NCBI RefSeq assembly: GCF_964204645.1
Contig: NC_134034.1
Span: 5,120,914 to 5,184,913, forward strand
Reading direction: 5' to 3'
Source: Tubulanus polymorphus
Taxonomy: Eukaryota; Animalia; Nemertea
Length of the DNA stretch: 64,000 nucleotides
Of this stretch, positions 40,201-50,400 are shown piece after piece. Under the pieces are notes generated by a model that saw only the letters and a program-made list of their open reading frames with translations, made no database searches and had not been told where the DNA came from. Position 1 is the first letter of the stretch. Each line of letters starts with the position of its first letter. A program made the position numbers and the translations under genes.

Positions 40201-41767
40201 AGGAGGAGGCACTGTTGGTATCTGTTCTGAGGTATAATCATTTGGAGTAATTAGGTTATGCTTCCTGAGAAGTTCATTGTTGATACACGACCTGAAATGA
40301 GTTGGAGGAGGGGGTAATCCAATTGGGTAACCTCGACAGGTGCTGTTGAGTTTGTCTAATTCACGTTCATCAGCGACCATTGCCCGAGCCTGAGATTCCA
40401 TTATGTGCCGTTCCAACATTGTAGCTTCTAACATTCTTCTTTCATGTTCCTCGTGAACCTGATAAAAGAAATAAGTATTAGGCCTACCGGTATTAACAGT
40501 GATTAACCGTTACGTCAAGCAACTGTTACCCCCAAAAAACTTAACAATCATCAAGCAATTATTGATAAAAACGAAGTAAAAAATGTTAAAATTAGTCAAC
40601 TTTACTCATGGAACTCTGATTGATTGATTACTACTAGCAAGAGAGAAATCAAGATGAATGTAATCAATTTATTTGGATAATTTTGTGACTGTCTCACAAC
40701 ATAATAAATCCCGTAATACACGCAAACCAAAGCACACAGCGCGCTCGGTTGGCACAAGTTTTAATTGGCAATCGTAAGCCCGAAAAATTTTGTAATTCAT
40801 GCTTCTGAAGACGCGTTCTGTGGACTTCTCAGGGCCTCAATAAATAAAACTTCAACTGCCTAAACTGAAAGCTAAAGTTGACCTTCTTTGCAATTAAATC
40901 ATGGCATCAGCAACCGCTTCTTTCCTAGCTGTGGTTAGCTGTACTGGTATGGTTGACTGTCACCCGTGCCACTTGGAAGACTAGGTAAAATTATTTTTGC
41001 ATTTTCATTGAAGAAGGATGTATTGGAGAACCAGGGGCCGGTTATACAAAAATGTATACATGCAACTTTATCCGCCGTATAACTTTATCCAGGCTAGTTA
41101 ATTTTCCAATAAGTTATCCATCCGGATTAGAGTTATACGCCGGATAAGAGTAATCCACCTTTTAAACAAGTTTAACTGGCCCCAGGTATAAAGAAAAATA
41201 CCGCGTAATATAAAAATAACGCAGCGTATATAATTAGACGAAAACAATGACGGTATAAAGAAAAATACCAACGCAGCGTATATAATTAGACAAAAACAAC
41301 GACGTGAGAAGGTTATTGCGCATGAGTCTGATATCTATAGGATCAATGTGAACTAAACCTTTGTCTTTATATATGCTTGTAGTTTTTTTGGCAACTTTTT
41401 AATTTTTCGAAGCAGCTTTAACTGTCGCACGTGCGGCAATTGCGATAGCGTGGATGAGTCAGCTGAGAATGGCAAAAATGGCGCTAACTGGAAGAATATC
41501 CACTTCCAAAAGATATAGGCCTGGAGCATTTCACCGACTTACCCTTTGTAAAGCAGCCACATATCGCTGATGGAAGGCGCTAGCACCGCCCCTAGACACG
41601 TTCAGGTTTCGTATGGTATCCGATTCAACACGATCACGTGTGAAAACGTCACGAAATTGTTGAGCTAAAATATGACTGACATGTTGCGACCTGCCAGATG
41701 AGGGTCTCTGCAGATACATAGGAGGCTCATGGCTGCTGGGATTTGTGGTGGCAACAGTTGCTTCCAT
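10245..41767 (-). CDS. DLEC1: Deleted in lung and esophageal cancer 1 (DLEC1/CFAP81) homolog, ciliary ASH/Ig-like repeat protein; 22 coding exons, about 1700 aa
   Basis: Hand-traced GT-AG exons: 41767-41543, 40458-40197, 39415-39216, 38443-37888, 35534-35401, 34019-33395, 33215-32970, 32758-32628, 31835-31534, 29272-29119, 28111-27876, 27533-27342, 27108-26957, 26658-26281, 25918-25677, 25436-25314, 23497-23315, 21054-20875, 11662-11483, 10849-10696, 10619-10496, 10368-10245. All phases agree; total 5103 nt. DLEC1-like motifs: FLKNPRH, VAPGMSCQFTVRF.ADSLGDF.D, ICDNCQV, DMWGMYAD, RFGTHVSG, LDFGTCLVGQ and C-terminal GRGSYD. An acceptor near 41790 implies an upstream non-coding exon. Confidence 0.92.
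11693..11919. mobile_element. HINE/Helentron-like non-autonomous repeat fragment (family B), truncated by the Gypsy LTR
   Basis: actagggggtctagggataccatg...gaaactcacc...catgtcatgagctac matches 47955-48310 and the short copy at 30969. Confidence 0.6.
12099..12111 (+). other. Primer-binding site complementary to the tRNA-Leu 3' end
   Basis: TGGTGGCAGCGGT immediately follows the LTR-terminal CA. Confidence 0.85.
13417..13512. other. DIRS internal complementary region (ICR)
   Basis: The first part is the reverse complement of the terminus at 13196-13253. The second part is the reverse complement of the terminus at 19253-19287. Confidence 0.93.
13772..14850 (-). pseudogene. DIRS tyrosine recombinase with one frameshift near 14545
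   Basis: The N-part (STSTIYDAKWSHF..WC, TIKGYRSAI) lies in ORF 14439-16691. It shifts frame to ISQLVAGF...PPWDLSVIL and ORF 13772-14467, which holds the catalytic set R(RSE), HQVR, W and Y (FTSFY). Confidence 0.9.
14675..16846 (-). CDS. DIRS reverse transcriptase-RNase H-DNA N6-adenine methyltransferase-like polyprotein (723 aa, intact)
   Basis: RT motifs LDLKDAYFQV, LPFGLSTAP, VYLDDWL. RNase H motifs FTDASHQGWGA, HINFLEM, TDNST, NVMADALSR. MT-like motifs DLFATRFN and YAFPP. Confidence 0.95.
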   Translation of the reverse strand: MPVGELARNFNNRVKPRPVVTVPVRIEARGRLQKGALPFGKTRNEFLGPVGGCLQQAATHWSDLFGDGWPSRVVSRGYRLRFLRRPRLMRSPPDMRPKPGQEALISPALKELAEKGAIEPVCNETSPGWFSRIFMVPKATGGQRTVIDLSSLNRHLDIPRFRMTKPKDVIQGLRPGQWAASLDLKDAYFQVPIHPKSRRFLRIKWKGRQFQFRSLPFGLSTAPWVFTKLVKSVQKVLQSRGVRLFVYLDDWLIVANSAQECREAMTSVLDLVHQLGFRVNREKSQLTPAQQFTYLGMDFDLRIGKVFPSMVRVAKLQEAVAGVSTTPRTARYWSRLLGSISSMGLVVPLGRLRSRRLQQYWKVFWSQSKGNWEALIPVPPTDLSSDLQWWAATTNLRLGVSLAPLEAPVRVFTDASHQGWGAHLENRVKAGKWSRYEATNHINFLEMLAVWKALKFFHRRVEGHHVWLATDNSTVRAYLQNQGGTHSETLTGLSAKILLWCQTKGVSLTVAHLAGKRNVMADALSRRGQAIATEWVLHQEVADRVRGIFGNPLLDLFATRFNRRCPLFVSPFPDAEAWGVDAFSLDWSGMHAYAFPPTPVLPRLLDQIERSVNCNIVLVAPCWPAQKWFLPLLNLLCDNPRILPNFPSLLSQGIFRHHPNSQWLNLLAWPLSSDPCQLQAFQNRLPPLSQDLSGHQQVPFTMPNGVILRIGVLQGKLIHAHPL
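16713..18945 (-). pseudogene. DIRS gag-like ORF1 (N-terminal Cys/His finger, RS-rich middle), split by several frame changes
   Basis: ATG at 18945, then CGH..D.H..C..C...C....PC..C..W. SPVSG repeats follow, an RS-rich stretch in another frame covers about 18370-17915, and the C-terminal part is ORF 16713-17744 overlapping the RT start. Confidence 0.75.
19870..20784. mobile_element. HINE/Helentron-like element (family A) with about 140-150-bp central tandem repeats; one end unclear
   Basis: Repeated units tacaagcgccacccgtacagcgccccctagag, a (GACG)n tract, and a terminal hairpin agctccgctg...cagcggagct. Confidence 0.8.
21204..21689. mobile_element. piggyBac-like MITE; truncated second copy at about 28642-28834
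   Basis: TTAA|cccattagcactca ... tgagtgctaaatggg|gtaa. The left arm recurs at 28642. Confidence 0.7.
21856..22692. mobile_element. TIR MITE (possibly PIF/Harbinger-like)
   Basis: taaagccaggtggacactaggcaattt ... aaattgcccagtgtgcgcccggcttta form imperfect inverted ends. Confidence 0.6.
23860..25280. mobile_element. Complete HINE/Helentron-like element (family A)
   Basis: acaag + palindrome agcctgtcggct + subTIR at one end; tandem units of about 145 bp; (GAC)n and the cacagcggagct hairpin at the other end. Confidence 0.85.
25936..26184. repeat. Local tandem duplication of about 130 bp in DLEC1 intron 14
   Basis: ccatcagtcaaagaatgacgatttggaaaatttatgaatacaggcac... occurs twice. Confidence 0.9.
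30969..31026. mobile_element. Minimal ends-only copy of HINE family B
   Basis: actaggggtccaaggacacc is fused directly to the hairpin gcccacttggg-tcttaagtt-ccaagtgggc. Confidence 0.6.
37129..37172. repeat. (GACC)n/(GACA)n microsatellite
   Basis: Visible. Confidence 0.9.
38625..38815 (-). mobile_element. Possible tRNA-derived SINE
   Basis: The minus strand has an A-box-like tggttaaag and a B-box-like ggttcaaacc, and ends near an A-rich tract. Confidence 0.4.
41033..41184. mobile_element. Short Harbinger-like MITE
   Basis: ggggccggtta ... taactggcccc inverted ends with internal palindromic ttatcc/ggataa motifs. Confidence 0.6.
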
Positions 41768-42308
41768 TTTGAAAATCCTTCAACTTTTACTGGAATTGAA
41801 AAGGAAAATGTCCAACGAGATCAGACCATTATTCCATTATCTTCTCTATCCAGTCGTAGAAATGAGTAATTTGAGCGTTCGGTCCATGTATAGGGTAGTC
41901 TAGTACCTAGCTGTCGTTCCCCAAACAACGTCTAGGGCGGCAGTGCTCATGAGCACTTTCAAAATGAGGGACGAAAATTAATCTTGAAAGGTTAATTTTC
42001 GTCCCTCACTTTGAGGGACGAGGCTTTGAGCGTCTATTTCACCCCTTAAAACACCATTAACTTTCCTCAAACTGATTGTCCTGTAATCCGATGGAAATTA
42101 ACTATTGTCTGCGAGCATAAATTGATAGGCCTAATCCAAAGTAGCTTTTCATGATCGCAGTATCTCAAAACTTTTGACTAGTCGCCTCAAAAAATAGTTG
42201 AAGTGAAGCAACATAACAAATATGGCGGCTTTTTGTGTTGCATGATCAGAGTGTAAGTTACGGATTGGACTTGAACTTGGACTGATATTGATGCCAATGC
42301 AGATACAT

Positions 42309-43128
42309 TATAACCTCTCTATAGTGAACGCTTGGGGTTCCGGAAGAAATGTTCACTATAGAGAGGCGTTCACTAAATAGAGGTAGCAGATATTTGCATC
42401 ACGCCACCTACCAGCAGTTTGAGTAACTACTCCCAATATGAAGCATTAATCCAAAACCAAGTAAAACACAGACTTCATTACTTTTAAAGCATTATATATT
42501 TTGGATTAGGCCTATCAATGACACCTGACGATGATCTTTAGGGTGAGATCGAAATGTCGTGTCTTTATATATTCTAGATTTAATAAATTAAGTCTGGTTT
42601 TTAAATTCTTTTAATCTGTAAATAGTGGGATTTTATCTTATTATCCGTTCACCACGTTTGAGTACACTTATTTAGTCAATACATTGCTACATATGATCCA
42701 AGGATTGTTATCATAATTCAGTTTAACAAACATTCAGAGTAAAGTATTCATTTAACAATAACAACTGCCCATTCATAAATACAGTCACAAATTAACCTTA
42801 GTAACTGCCTAAGGACTATTCGCGACAATTAGCCCTTGAATGACCATGAGTTATGAACATATGGTATATGATGAACACCTATACTGATAACAATGAGTCT
42901 ACTTGCAAATTTTGACTGTCTAGACATTCTGGGATGGGGCCACTGTTCACTATAGAGAGGGATAATGCTCATTTTGTACCAGAAAAAGTGTTCACTATAG
43001 AGAGGTGTTCACTAAATGGAGGTTCTGTTTAATTGAAAATGAATAGGGAAAATTTGGTTCCGGGCAAAAAGTGTTCACTAAGGGAGGTGTTCACTAAATA
43101 GAGGTGTTCACTAAGGGAGGTTTTACTC
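42309..43128. mobile_element. Tc1/pogo-like MITE with gtgttcacta subrepeats, carrying a nested Penelope-like fragment
   Basis: taacctctctatagtgaac ... gttcactaagggaggttt inverted ends. Confidence 0.65.
42520..42563 (+). ncRNA. Minimal type I hammerhead ribozyme (Penelope-like terminal repeat)
   Basis: Stem I gacac/gtgtc, core CTGACGA, stem II gatct/agatc, then GAAA and a GTC cleavage triplet with a vestigial stem III. AATAAA follows. Confidence 0.75.
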
Positions 43129-43854
43129 TATTATTCTTGTTTCAAATTCCTAAGGTGAAATTCACCAAAATTAATGCGTTTTATCAACAAAAAATAATAT
43201 TTAGAGTAGGCCTAATTTTAGAGAGACATACTAAATTTATACATTTTATCAATTTAGTCCGAAATGAAAATCCCATCTGCGGCAATAAATTCAATTCAAA
43301 TCAAATCAATAAATTCTCCTGTTCCGATTTAAATCATAAAAAATATTATTATAAAACACGTTTTCAAAGTCAACAAGGTAACTAATTAATTCATTTGAGT
43401 ACAAAGGTTTGATTTGACACTAAAATCCGTTGTTGCATTGCAATAAACAGGAGTTAACCGTCCTCTATATGACAGTTTAGCGTCAGATGTTGTAGGGAAC
43501 CCGTAACAATGACTGGTATTCAGATTATGTAGACCTAGGGTAACATTGTTCCTACAGATTGGTCTTTCCAGAATTTTAGGGGTTTTTTAGGGAATGTTTA
43601 CCTAAATTTTAGGAGTCAATTATCCGAGACGAGTGCTTATCTATTGTGTCATTTAGACCGGTTTAATCAATGTTGTGTGAACGCACCTATTTGGACTGAC
43701 CTAAAAAAGAGCGAATTGGGTCCGTTCCAAATTTTGGGGCACACTAAATCGGTCTTAGTTGGAGAGAAACTTGTGCCAGGTCTGGTCTTAATCATACTCT
43801 GCAGTTATACTGTGGTTTGTGAAAATATCCGATCGTGAGTGAAACTAAACCACA

Positions 43855-43901
43855 CAGTCACACACGCACACGCACACGCACACACACACACACACACACA
43901 C
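43855..43901. repeat. (CA)n microsatellite
   Basis: Visible. Confidence 0.95.
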
Positions 43902-43923
43902 AGATTACTACTGTCGTACTGAT

Positions 43924-44378
43924 GACGGCTAAACTCCAGAACAGGTAAAAGTAGATCTGTGGGTCCAACATTTTCACTGAGAAAAGTATTAATACGCGCA
44001 GATCGATAGAAGGAGGCACGTGAAGTAATTTTCAGAAGTCAACAATCGGCAATCAGAAACCTGATAGTCGACCGTTTCTCGGGTAGACAATCGGCAATCA
44101 GAAACCTGATAGTCGACAATTTCTCGGGTCGACAATCAGCAATCAGAAACCTGATAGTCGACCATTTCTAGATTCGACAATCGGCAATAAGATGATATAG
44201 GCCTAGATGCTGTGATTTTGAGGGTGAAATAGATGCTGTGATTGTGAGGGTGAAATAGATGCTGTGACTGGTCGACTATCGGGTTTTTGACGGCAATTTG
44301 AAACCAAACCACTCACCTCATTTAGCCTAAGATGGAACTAGGCCTATATTACCTATTAGGCTATGGAGTTGAACCCTG
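43924..44378. mobile_element. Inverted relative of the 6063-7479 element, with a different 45-bp internal repeat
   Basis: Both ends match the reverse complement of 7445-7479 and 6065-6148. Three copies of acaatcggcaatcagaaacctgatagtcgac lie inside. Confidence 0.75.
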
Positions 44379-44513
44379 ACGACGATATTTCCGACTTCGT
44401 CTCAGGTAGTCAGTAACCTGACTGTGGTTTAGTTTGACGATCAGATATTTTCACAAAAGCCCATCCGATTTTAAAACGCTTACCACCAATGATCTAATGT
44501 CTATTTCAACCTG

Positions 44514-45048
44514 ACTTGAGAGCATTCCGGGTGGCCTAGCTCAGTCAGTTTTAGTATCGATGGCAGATCATTTCACATCTAGGCCTATAATATCACTCAA
44601 CAGTGAACTTCTATTTAGATAAAAGTCTTATTAGGACAGGCAGATGACCTAAAATATTGCTTTTTAATCCACTTTAAACTGTATTGAAGGATATCCAAAA
44701 AATCTGCATTAAGTCTGAAATTAAGAGGGGTTCATATAAGAGAAAAGAGACTCCATGATTTGAAAGTTCAACAATATTCTCCATGCCTACCGTACCAACT
44801 GAAGTTTGGTATGTGGGCATGGAAACATATTGTTAAACTTTCATTTTCAAATCATGGAGTTTTCTCTTCATTTGACCCCTTTCTATCAGTGAAGAATTTT
44901 TGGATATCCTTTAATACAGTTTCAAATGGATTAAAAATAATATCTAGGTCGACTGCCCGTCCTTTCAGGTCCTATTAAGACCTTTATCAGGTATGTACTA
45001 CCAAAAATTAGCGAGCTAATATTAGGCCACCCCGGAATGCTCTCAAGT
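44514..45048. mobile_element. Foldback-type MITE with long TIRs
   Basis: acttgagagcattccgggtggccta ... taggccaccccggaatgctctcaagt, plus an inner inverted match (aaactgtattgaaggatatccaaaa / ttttggatatcctttaatacagttt). Confidence 0.8.
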
Positions 45049-45199
45049 AGAAGTCACTGTCAGGTTGGAGAGATAGAGACATTGAATTTGTAGGTAACAA
45101 CTAACTTTACATCTCAGGGACGGAGCCTGGATATCATATTGATAACCGTAATTCGTTAGCAGAACTATTCAGGCCTTGTCTTCGCATCTTGGAGCTACT

Positions 45200-45275
45200 A
45201 ACCTGCATACTAACCGTTAGGCCTACTTCCATAATACGGCGGCCGCCATATTGACTATTGTTTACGAGTAACCAT
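45200..45275 (-). promoter_or_regulatory. Candidate DLEC1 promoter / first non-coding exon
   Basis: CpG-rich zone with a YY1-like GCCGCCATATTG (45242-45253), an imperfect RFX X-box-like GTTTACGAGTAAC (45260-45272) and a minus-strand donor-like CAG|GTTAGT near 45201. Speculative. Confidence 0.25.
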
Positions 45276-46331
45276 AGAGCTTTATAACAAACTGTAGTAG
45301 GCTAGATGGCGCTTATGGGAGGCCCATTCCCGCTCCGATAATAGAACGTTTCGTCTATTAATCTGTACTTTGATAAAATGGCATAGTCTAACTACTAGTG
45401 ACGTCAAAATGTCGCGAAGAATGTCAAAGTTTAACGGTAAAATAGTGTAATTAATGTCGGCTAACTGACACAAGGCGTACTCAGTACTGAATTGAGCCGT
45501 CGAATGCCGTCACTGTTTAGTTAGGGTAGGCCTCTGTTCTAAAATCATTTTTTTAGCTATTTCGTGATAAAACCCTCGGAAAATGGGCGGTTTAGCCGTC
45601 GGTAGATCGTCGAAATACTGCATCGTTTTCCGACGTTTTATCGACATTTTTTAACCGTCTTCGATAATTCGTAGGAACTGTAAATTTTGCGACGATAAAC
45701 CGATGATTAACCGCGGCTGGTGGCGCCTTCACCCAGTCCTGAGAATGGCCGGTTCGCGAAGCTCCGTATACTTATACTAAAGAGCTCGCGTGAACCACCC
45801 ACCCAGTCACGTAGTCGTTATTTTAGGCCTACTCGAAATTGCCGACTGGCGCTCAGTCGGCACTTTAACCACTCGGTCCTCGGCAACTACTCATCCGATT
45901 TCAATAAATAAACTACCTACACTGACCTTATGTTGTTATCTTTTCATTGTTTACACCCCAAAGAATATATTTGAAGTTCAAGTGGCTGGAAATTAAATAT
46001 TTTAGTACCGCTTTTGTTTTACTAAAAAACGGTTCCTCGCGAGACTCACCCGCATGAAAAAATCAATATCTTAGCAACACAACAATAGATACCGCTTTGC
46101 GCGACTCGTGGATATTTGACAAGTCATGAAAAATCGTTTCATACACAAAATACGATGACAAAATGACTAAATAAACACAACAGTAAGAACAAGAAAGATC
46201 AGAGGTTTGCAATGATGGTTTATTTTTTGAAATCGGATGAATGAGAGCTGAGTAGTGATGATATAATTAGAGTTGAATTAAAAAGAATTTAAAATCACCG
46301 CGTATATGGCTTCCGCGACTTAGTGTCCGGG

Positions 46332-46843
46332 GTGGTTCAAGTCCAGTATAGCGTGGAATAGTTCCCCGCTCAAGGATACATTTTTAGAAAAGGAGTAATT
46401 CGGCTGCGTACTTTTCAAGACAAACCGACATACCAACAAACCGACGAACCGACAAACCGACGAACCGACAAACCGACGAACCGACAAACCGACATACCGT
46501 TAAACCGACAAACTCGTATTCCCTCGATCCAGCCACGGGTAATCCACGGAAAAACCCTGTCCGTCGATCCTAGCCACATTATATAAGGGTAATCCACGCA
46601 ACCACACAGCCCCTCGATCCCGGCCACTTTATAAAAGGGTAATCCACGCACCACACAGCCCCTCGATCCCAGCCACTTTATATAAGGGTAATCCACGCAA
46701 CCACGCAGCCCCTCGATCCCAGCCACTTTATATAAGGGTAATCAACGCAACCACACAGCCCCTCGATCCCAGCCACTTTATAAAAGGGTAATCCACGCGC
46801 CACACAGCCCCTCGATCCCAGCCACTTTATATAAGGGTAATCC
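46332..46843. repeat. Truncated third member of the TIR-satellite family: (AACCGAC)-type repeats followed by about 6 units of the 50-bp satellite
   Basis: Same cccctcgatcccagccacttta..taagggtaat core as 6260-7345. The left end resembles 6066-6097. Confidence 0.85.
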
Positions 46844-47476
46844 ATTATAGCACTAAATAGGCTACCACTGACACTAAGGTTCTCAGTGAAGTGGCGCCAC
46901 GGTTATGACCCCAGGTAGCAAATAAACGTTAAATGGACGTTATAAGAAGGTTTAATTACAACATTGTAACGTTTGAATAAAACGTTACCAGAACGTTTGT
47001 ATAACATCCATTTGTTAAGTTTTTTAGCTGTTAAATCAACGTTTCACTACAACGTTAAATGAACGTTGTCAAAGGAATCTTTATAACATTTCCAGAACGA
47101 TTATCGAAATCCAAATAAAACCTTTCCTACACATAAAATGGACGCTGAAAATGTCAAATTATATATATATAAGAAAATTTATTTCATTTTTCTTTTACAA
47201 TAATTATAAGTTTTTTGTTGAATACATTTAAATCATCTCGAATCTTGAATAACGAATTAGAATGAACCCATACACTTTTTGAATATGAATGCATTTAAAT
47301 AATCTAAATCAATAACGACCACATACACTTTTTAAGTATAGTGTAAATACATAAAAATGACATTACTAAATTTGTAAAACTCAAAAATTTACGCGTGCAC
47401 TCTTATTACGTCCAGTTATTGCATTTAATGTTCCTATTAATTATCCTACAGTAGACTCCGCTTAACTCATTTTCAA

Positions 47477-50400
47477 TTATTGCTGATTAACGTCAGGTTC
47501 ATCAATATCAGATTCAAACACATGACGATCTACTACCAAAGCAGCTGCTGCAGGGTTCTACAACACAATCATGACAAAGATGTAGAATTATGGCAATACT
47601 GATGAGTAAGAGAAGGAAGAACCTAGAATACTCGGGCCAGTTGCACAGTCGTGACTCAAGTCCACAAGTGGTCTTATATCTTAAGACTAGTCTTAAGTTG
47701 TTAGATTGGCTATAGAACTAAATTGGTCTTAGACTGGTCTTAAATATAAGCAATGACTGTGCAACTGGCCCCTGGTCACTGGGTTGATGGCATACTAGTA
47801 ATGGAACAGGCTTGTACTTGATAAAACTTTTAATTAAACTTATTTGATGCCAACACTTAAAATCTACCAAAGAATTGAAAAAAAATAAATAATAACACGT
47901 TCTTCATAAAATCTTCCTAGTCTGTCGAAAAAATCAGATCTCAGGACCTGCTAGACTAGGGGTTCAGGGACACCATGCCCGCTTGGGAAGTGTTTGAAAT
48001 GCTCAACAATCAGAAAATTTCAATATTCAACGCCCCCTGGTGAATATATACTGAAACCAATGAAATTGAAACTCACCACATGTCATGAGCTACAATTTTG
48101 CAATTGATTTTGGTGACAAAATATGCTTACGTATAAGTTATTCCGCTATTCAACGCCCCTGGTGACCATACAAAAACCAATGACATAGAAACTAACTACA
48201 ATCATAGATGTCATGAGCTACAACTTTGCAATTGATTGTGGTTACAAAATATGCATAGGCGTAGGTACTAATATAAATAGATCAAATTGTATATGATTCA
48301 AAATTCACAAACCCGTTAATATTTTCATCATTTCATGTTCATATTTTCCTCTATTTTCCACCTACGAATAAGGAACCCTCCAATTGTGAGATAATTAAAC
48401 CAAATATCAACACAATCCAGTGAATCGTCTTTAAAACTTCCCAAAATAATTTGATGAAAAGTGAACGCAATAGCCCGCAAACGACGTACATTTCGGAGCC
48501 TTCAGGCAGGAGGGCATATTTAATTCTTTTGGCTATTTTGCTGGCTAATTTTCTGATGCGGGTGGGATTTGAAAGTGATATGAAATAAAGTATCTATAAA
48601 GTTTTGTCTAAACACAGCAGAGCTTAAACATTCGGTATTTAATAAACAACTTGTCGGTTAATAGCTTTGATTTCATACCTTGTATTTTGATCCACCTGGC
48701 TGAAAGGGGCAACTTTTCAAAAAATCAGCTATTCCACCATACATTTTCTCGCCATCAATGTTTTTATACATCTTTCGTAGTCTCTCTGGAAAAATTGTAA
48801 GGAACAGTTTAACAACATGGACACGCACGTTCGATGCTAAATTTAGGCTAGCAATATCTATTCATACCAAATGCCAAAAGATAACTTTGATTATGGATTT
48901 CATCTAGTAAGAGAAGTGATTTGTACAGATAGCCTATCTGTACTATCATAGGTAAACGAGCGAAAGGTACATCCTGCTCCTTTGAAAAGTATGTATATTC
49001 ATGACTGATTTATTTTGTATACTAAACAAGAAGCCCAAGGGCTTTGACGTTGCAGTTATGAATATTATCACTACAGGGGCTCCTGACTGTTTTAGTTACC
49101 CTCAGCATTCTAAGTACTTAAATGAAGTGTTTTAAGGCCCATCTACACGAGAGGAAAATCCTTTATTTTCAATCTACACAAGAAAAGAATTTCCAAAAAG
49201 CCGCCTTTATCGGAGCCGTTTACTCGCGAGAGGCCCCAACGGAGGCGGCTTTTCATCCGTGTAGATGCACGATATTTATTTTTTACATGACTGCAAACTT
49301 ATCACAATAAAATACATAATATTTAATCAGGAGCAACTCATCGATAATTAGAACCAAACAACAATGGCTGATTTGCAAGAATTGTTATAATGAACTGAAA
49401 TCGTGAGAGTAATGACATTATATGCATGTGCAGTGGTTAGTAAGTGATAAACACATAATCGTGCGAAAAGGTGTTTCTGAATAAGTGATTTTCACGAATG
49501 GAAAATCTTGATTTCCAAGTGAAATCACAATTGTTTTTCTTCCTATGAAAAATTAAAGATGACTTTGAGAGGACTTACTAAGGATGATTTTGCATACAGC
49601 AGTATCTACAAATGCAAATTTTCCTTTCTTCCCGTACAAACTCCATGAGCTCCACATTTTATTGGTGCCAATATTTCTCATGATCTGCCTTATTTTTGCA
49701 TTATGTTCCGCTCCTCTAATAGTGAGTAACCACGCAGTCTGTCAAAAAATAAAACAAAATCATGCCTTTTTCAAAATATTATGTGGGACTCTGTTTAGGA
49801 CTATGACTTCATGAATTGAAGGGACTACTATCTGAAGACTGAGCTATTAAAGTCTTAATTAATGTAGTCCAATATTGAAGACAGATAATCTTCGACTTCA
49901 GTAAGGAATATTTGATATGATGTTCAGAATAGAAAATGCCATTTCATAGAATTATATTCAAGTAGAATGAGTTCATACTTGTAACAAGATGTACAATTTT
50001 ATTCAATTTTTAAGGGCTGTTATGGGAATGCATAAATGAAAAGGAAAAACAGACAAAAAGTGAAATTTAGGAAACATTAGCAAAGGGAATTAAACACATG
50101 AGCAACTTACAAATTTCTTACGAAATTCAGGATTATTCACTAATTTTTCTTCCAGAGCTGCAAATTCCTCCTGGGTATTCAGTGGTTTATTTATTGGATC
50201 TTCATCATCGTTATCATCTGGTCTTAGAGCCACTTGGTTTCGCATTATACTAATAATTTCTTCCTGGTTATCAATAATCGTGTTTGCACATTTTACAATT
50301 GCTTCAAACCCCTGCAATTATGTACGTGATAAAAATAACTTAACAAGTGACAAAGCTTCAACTTGCGAAATGTTCTGGACAAGATCTGACATGACTGTAA

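Noticed and set aside
46415-46726. ORFs with repetitive peptides (also 6187-6393, 56480-56722, 56930-57160, 20253-20435)
   Set aside because: Translations of tandem repeats.
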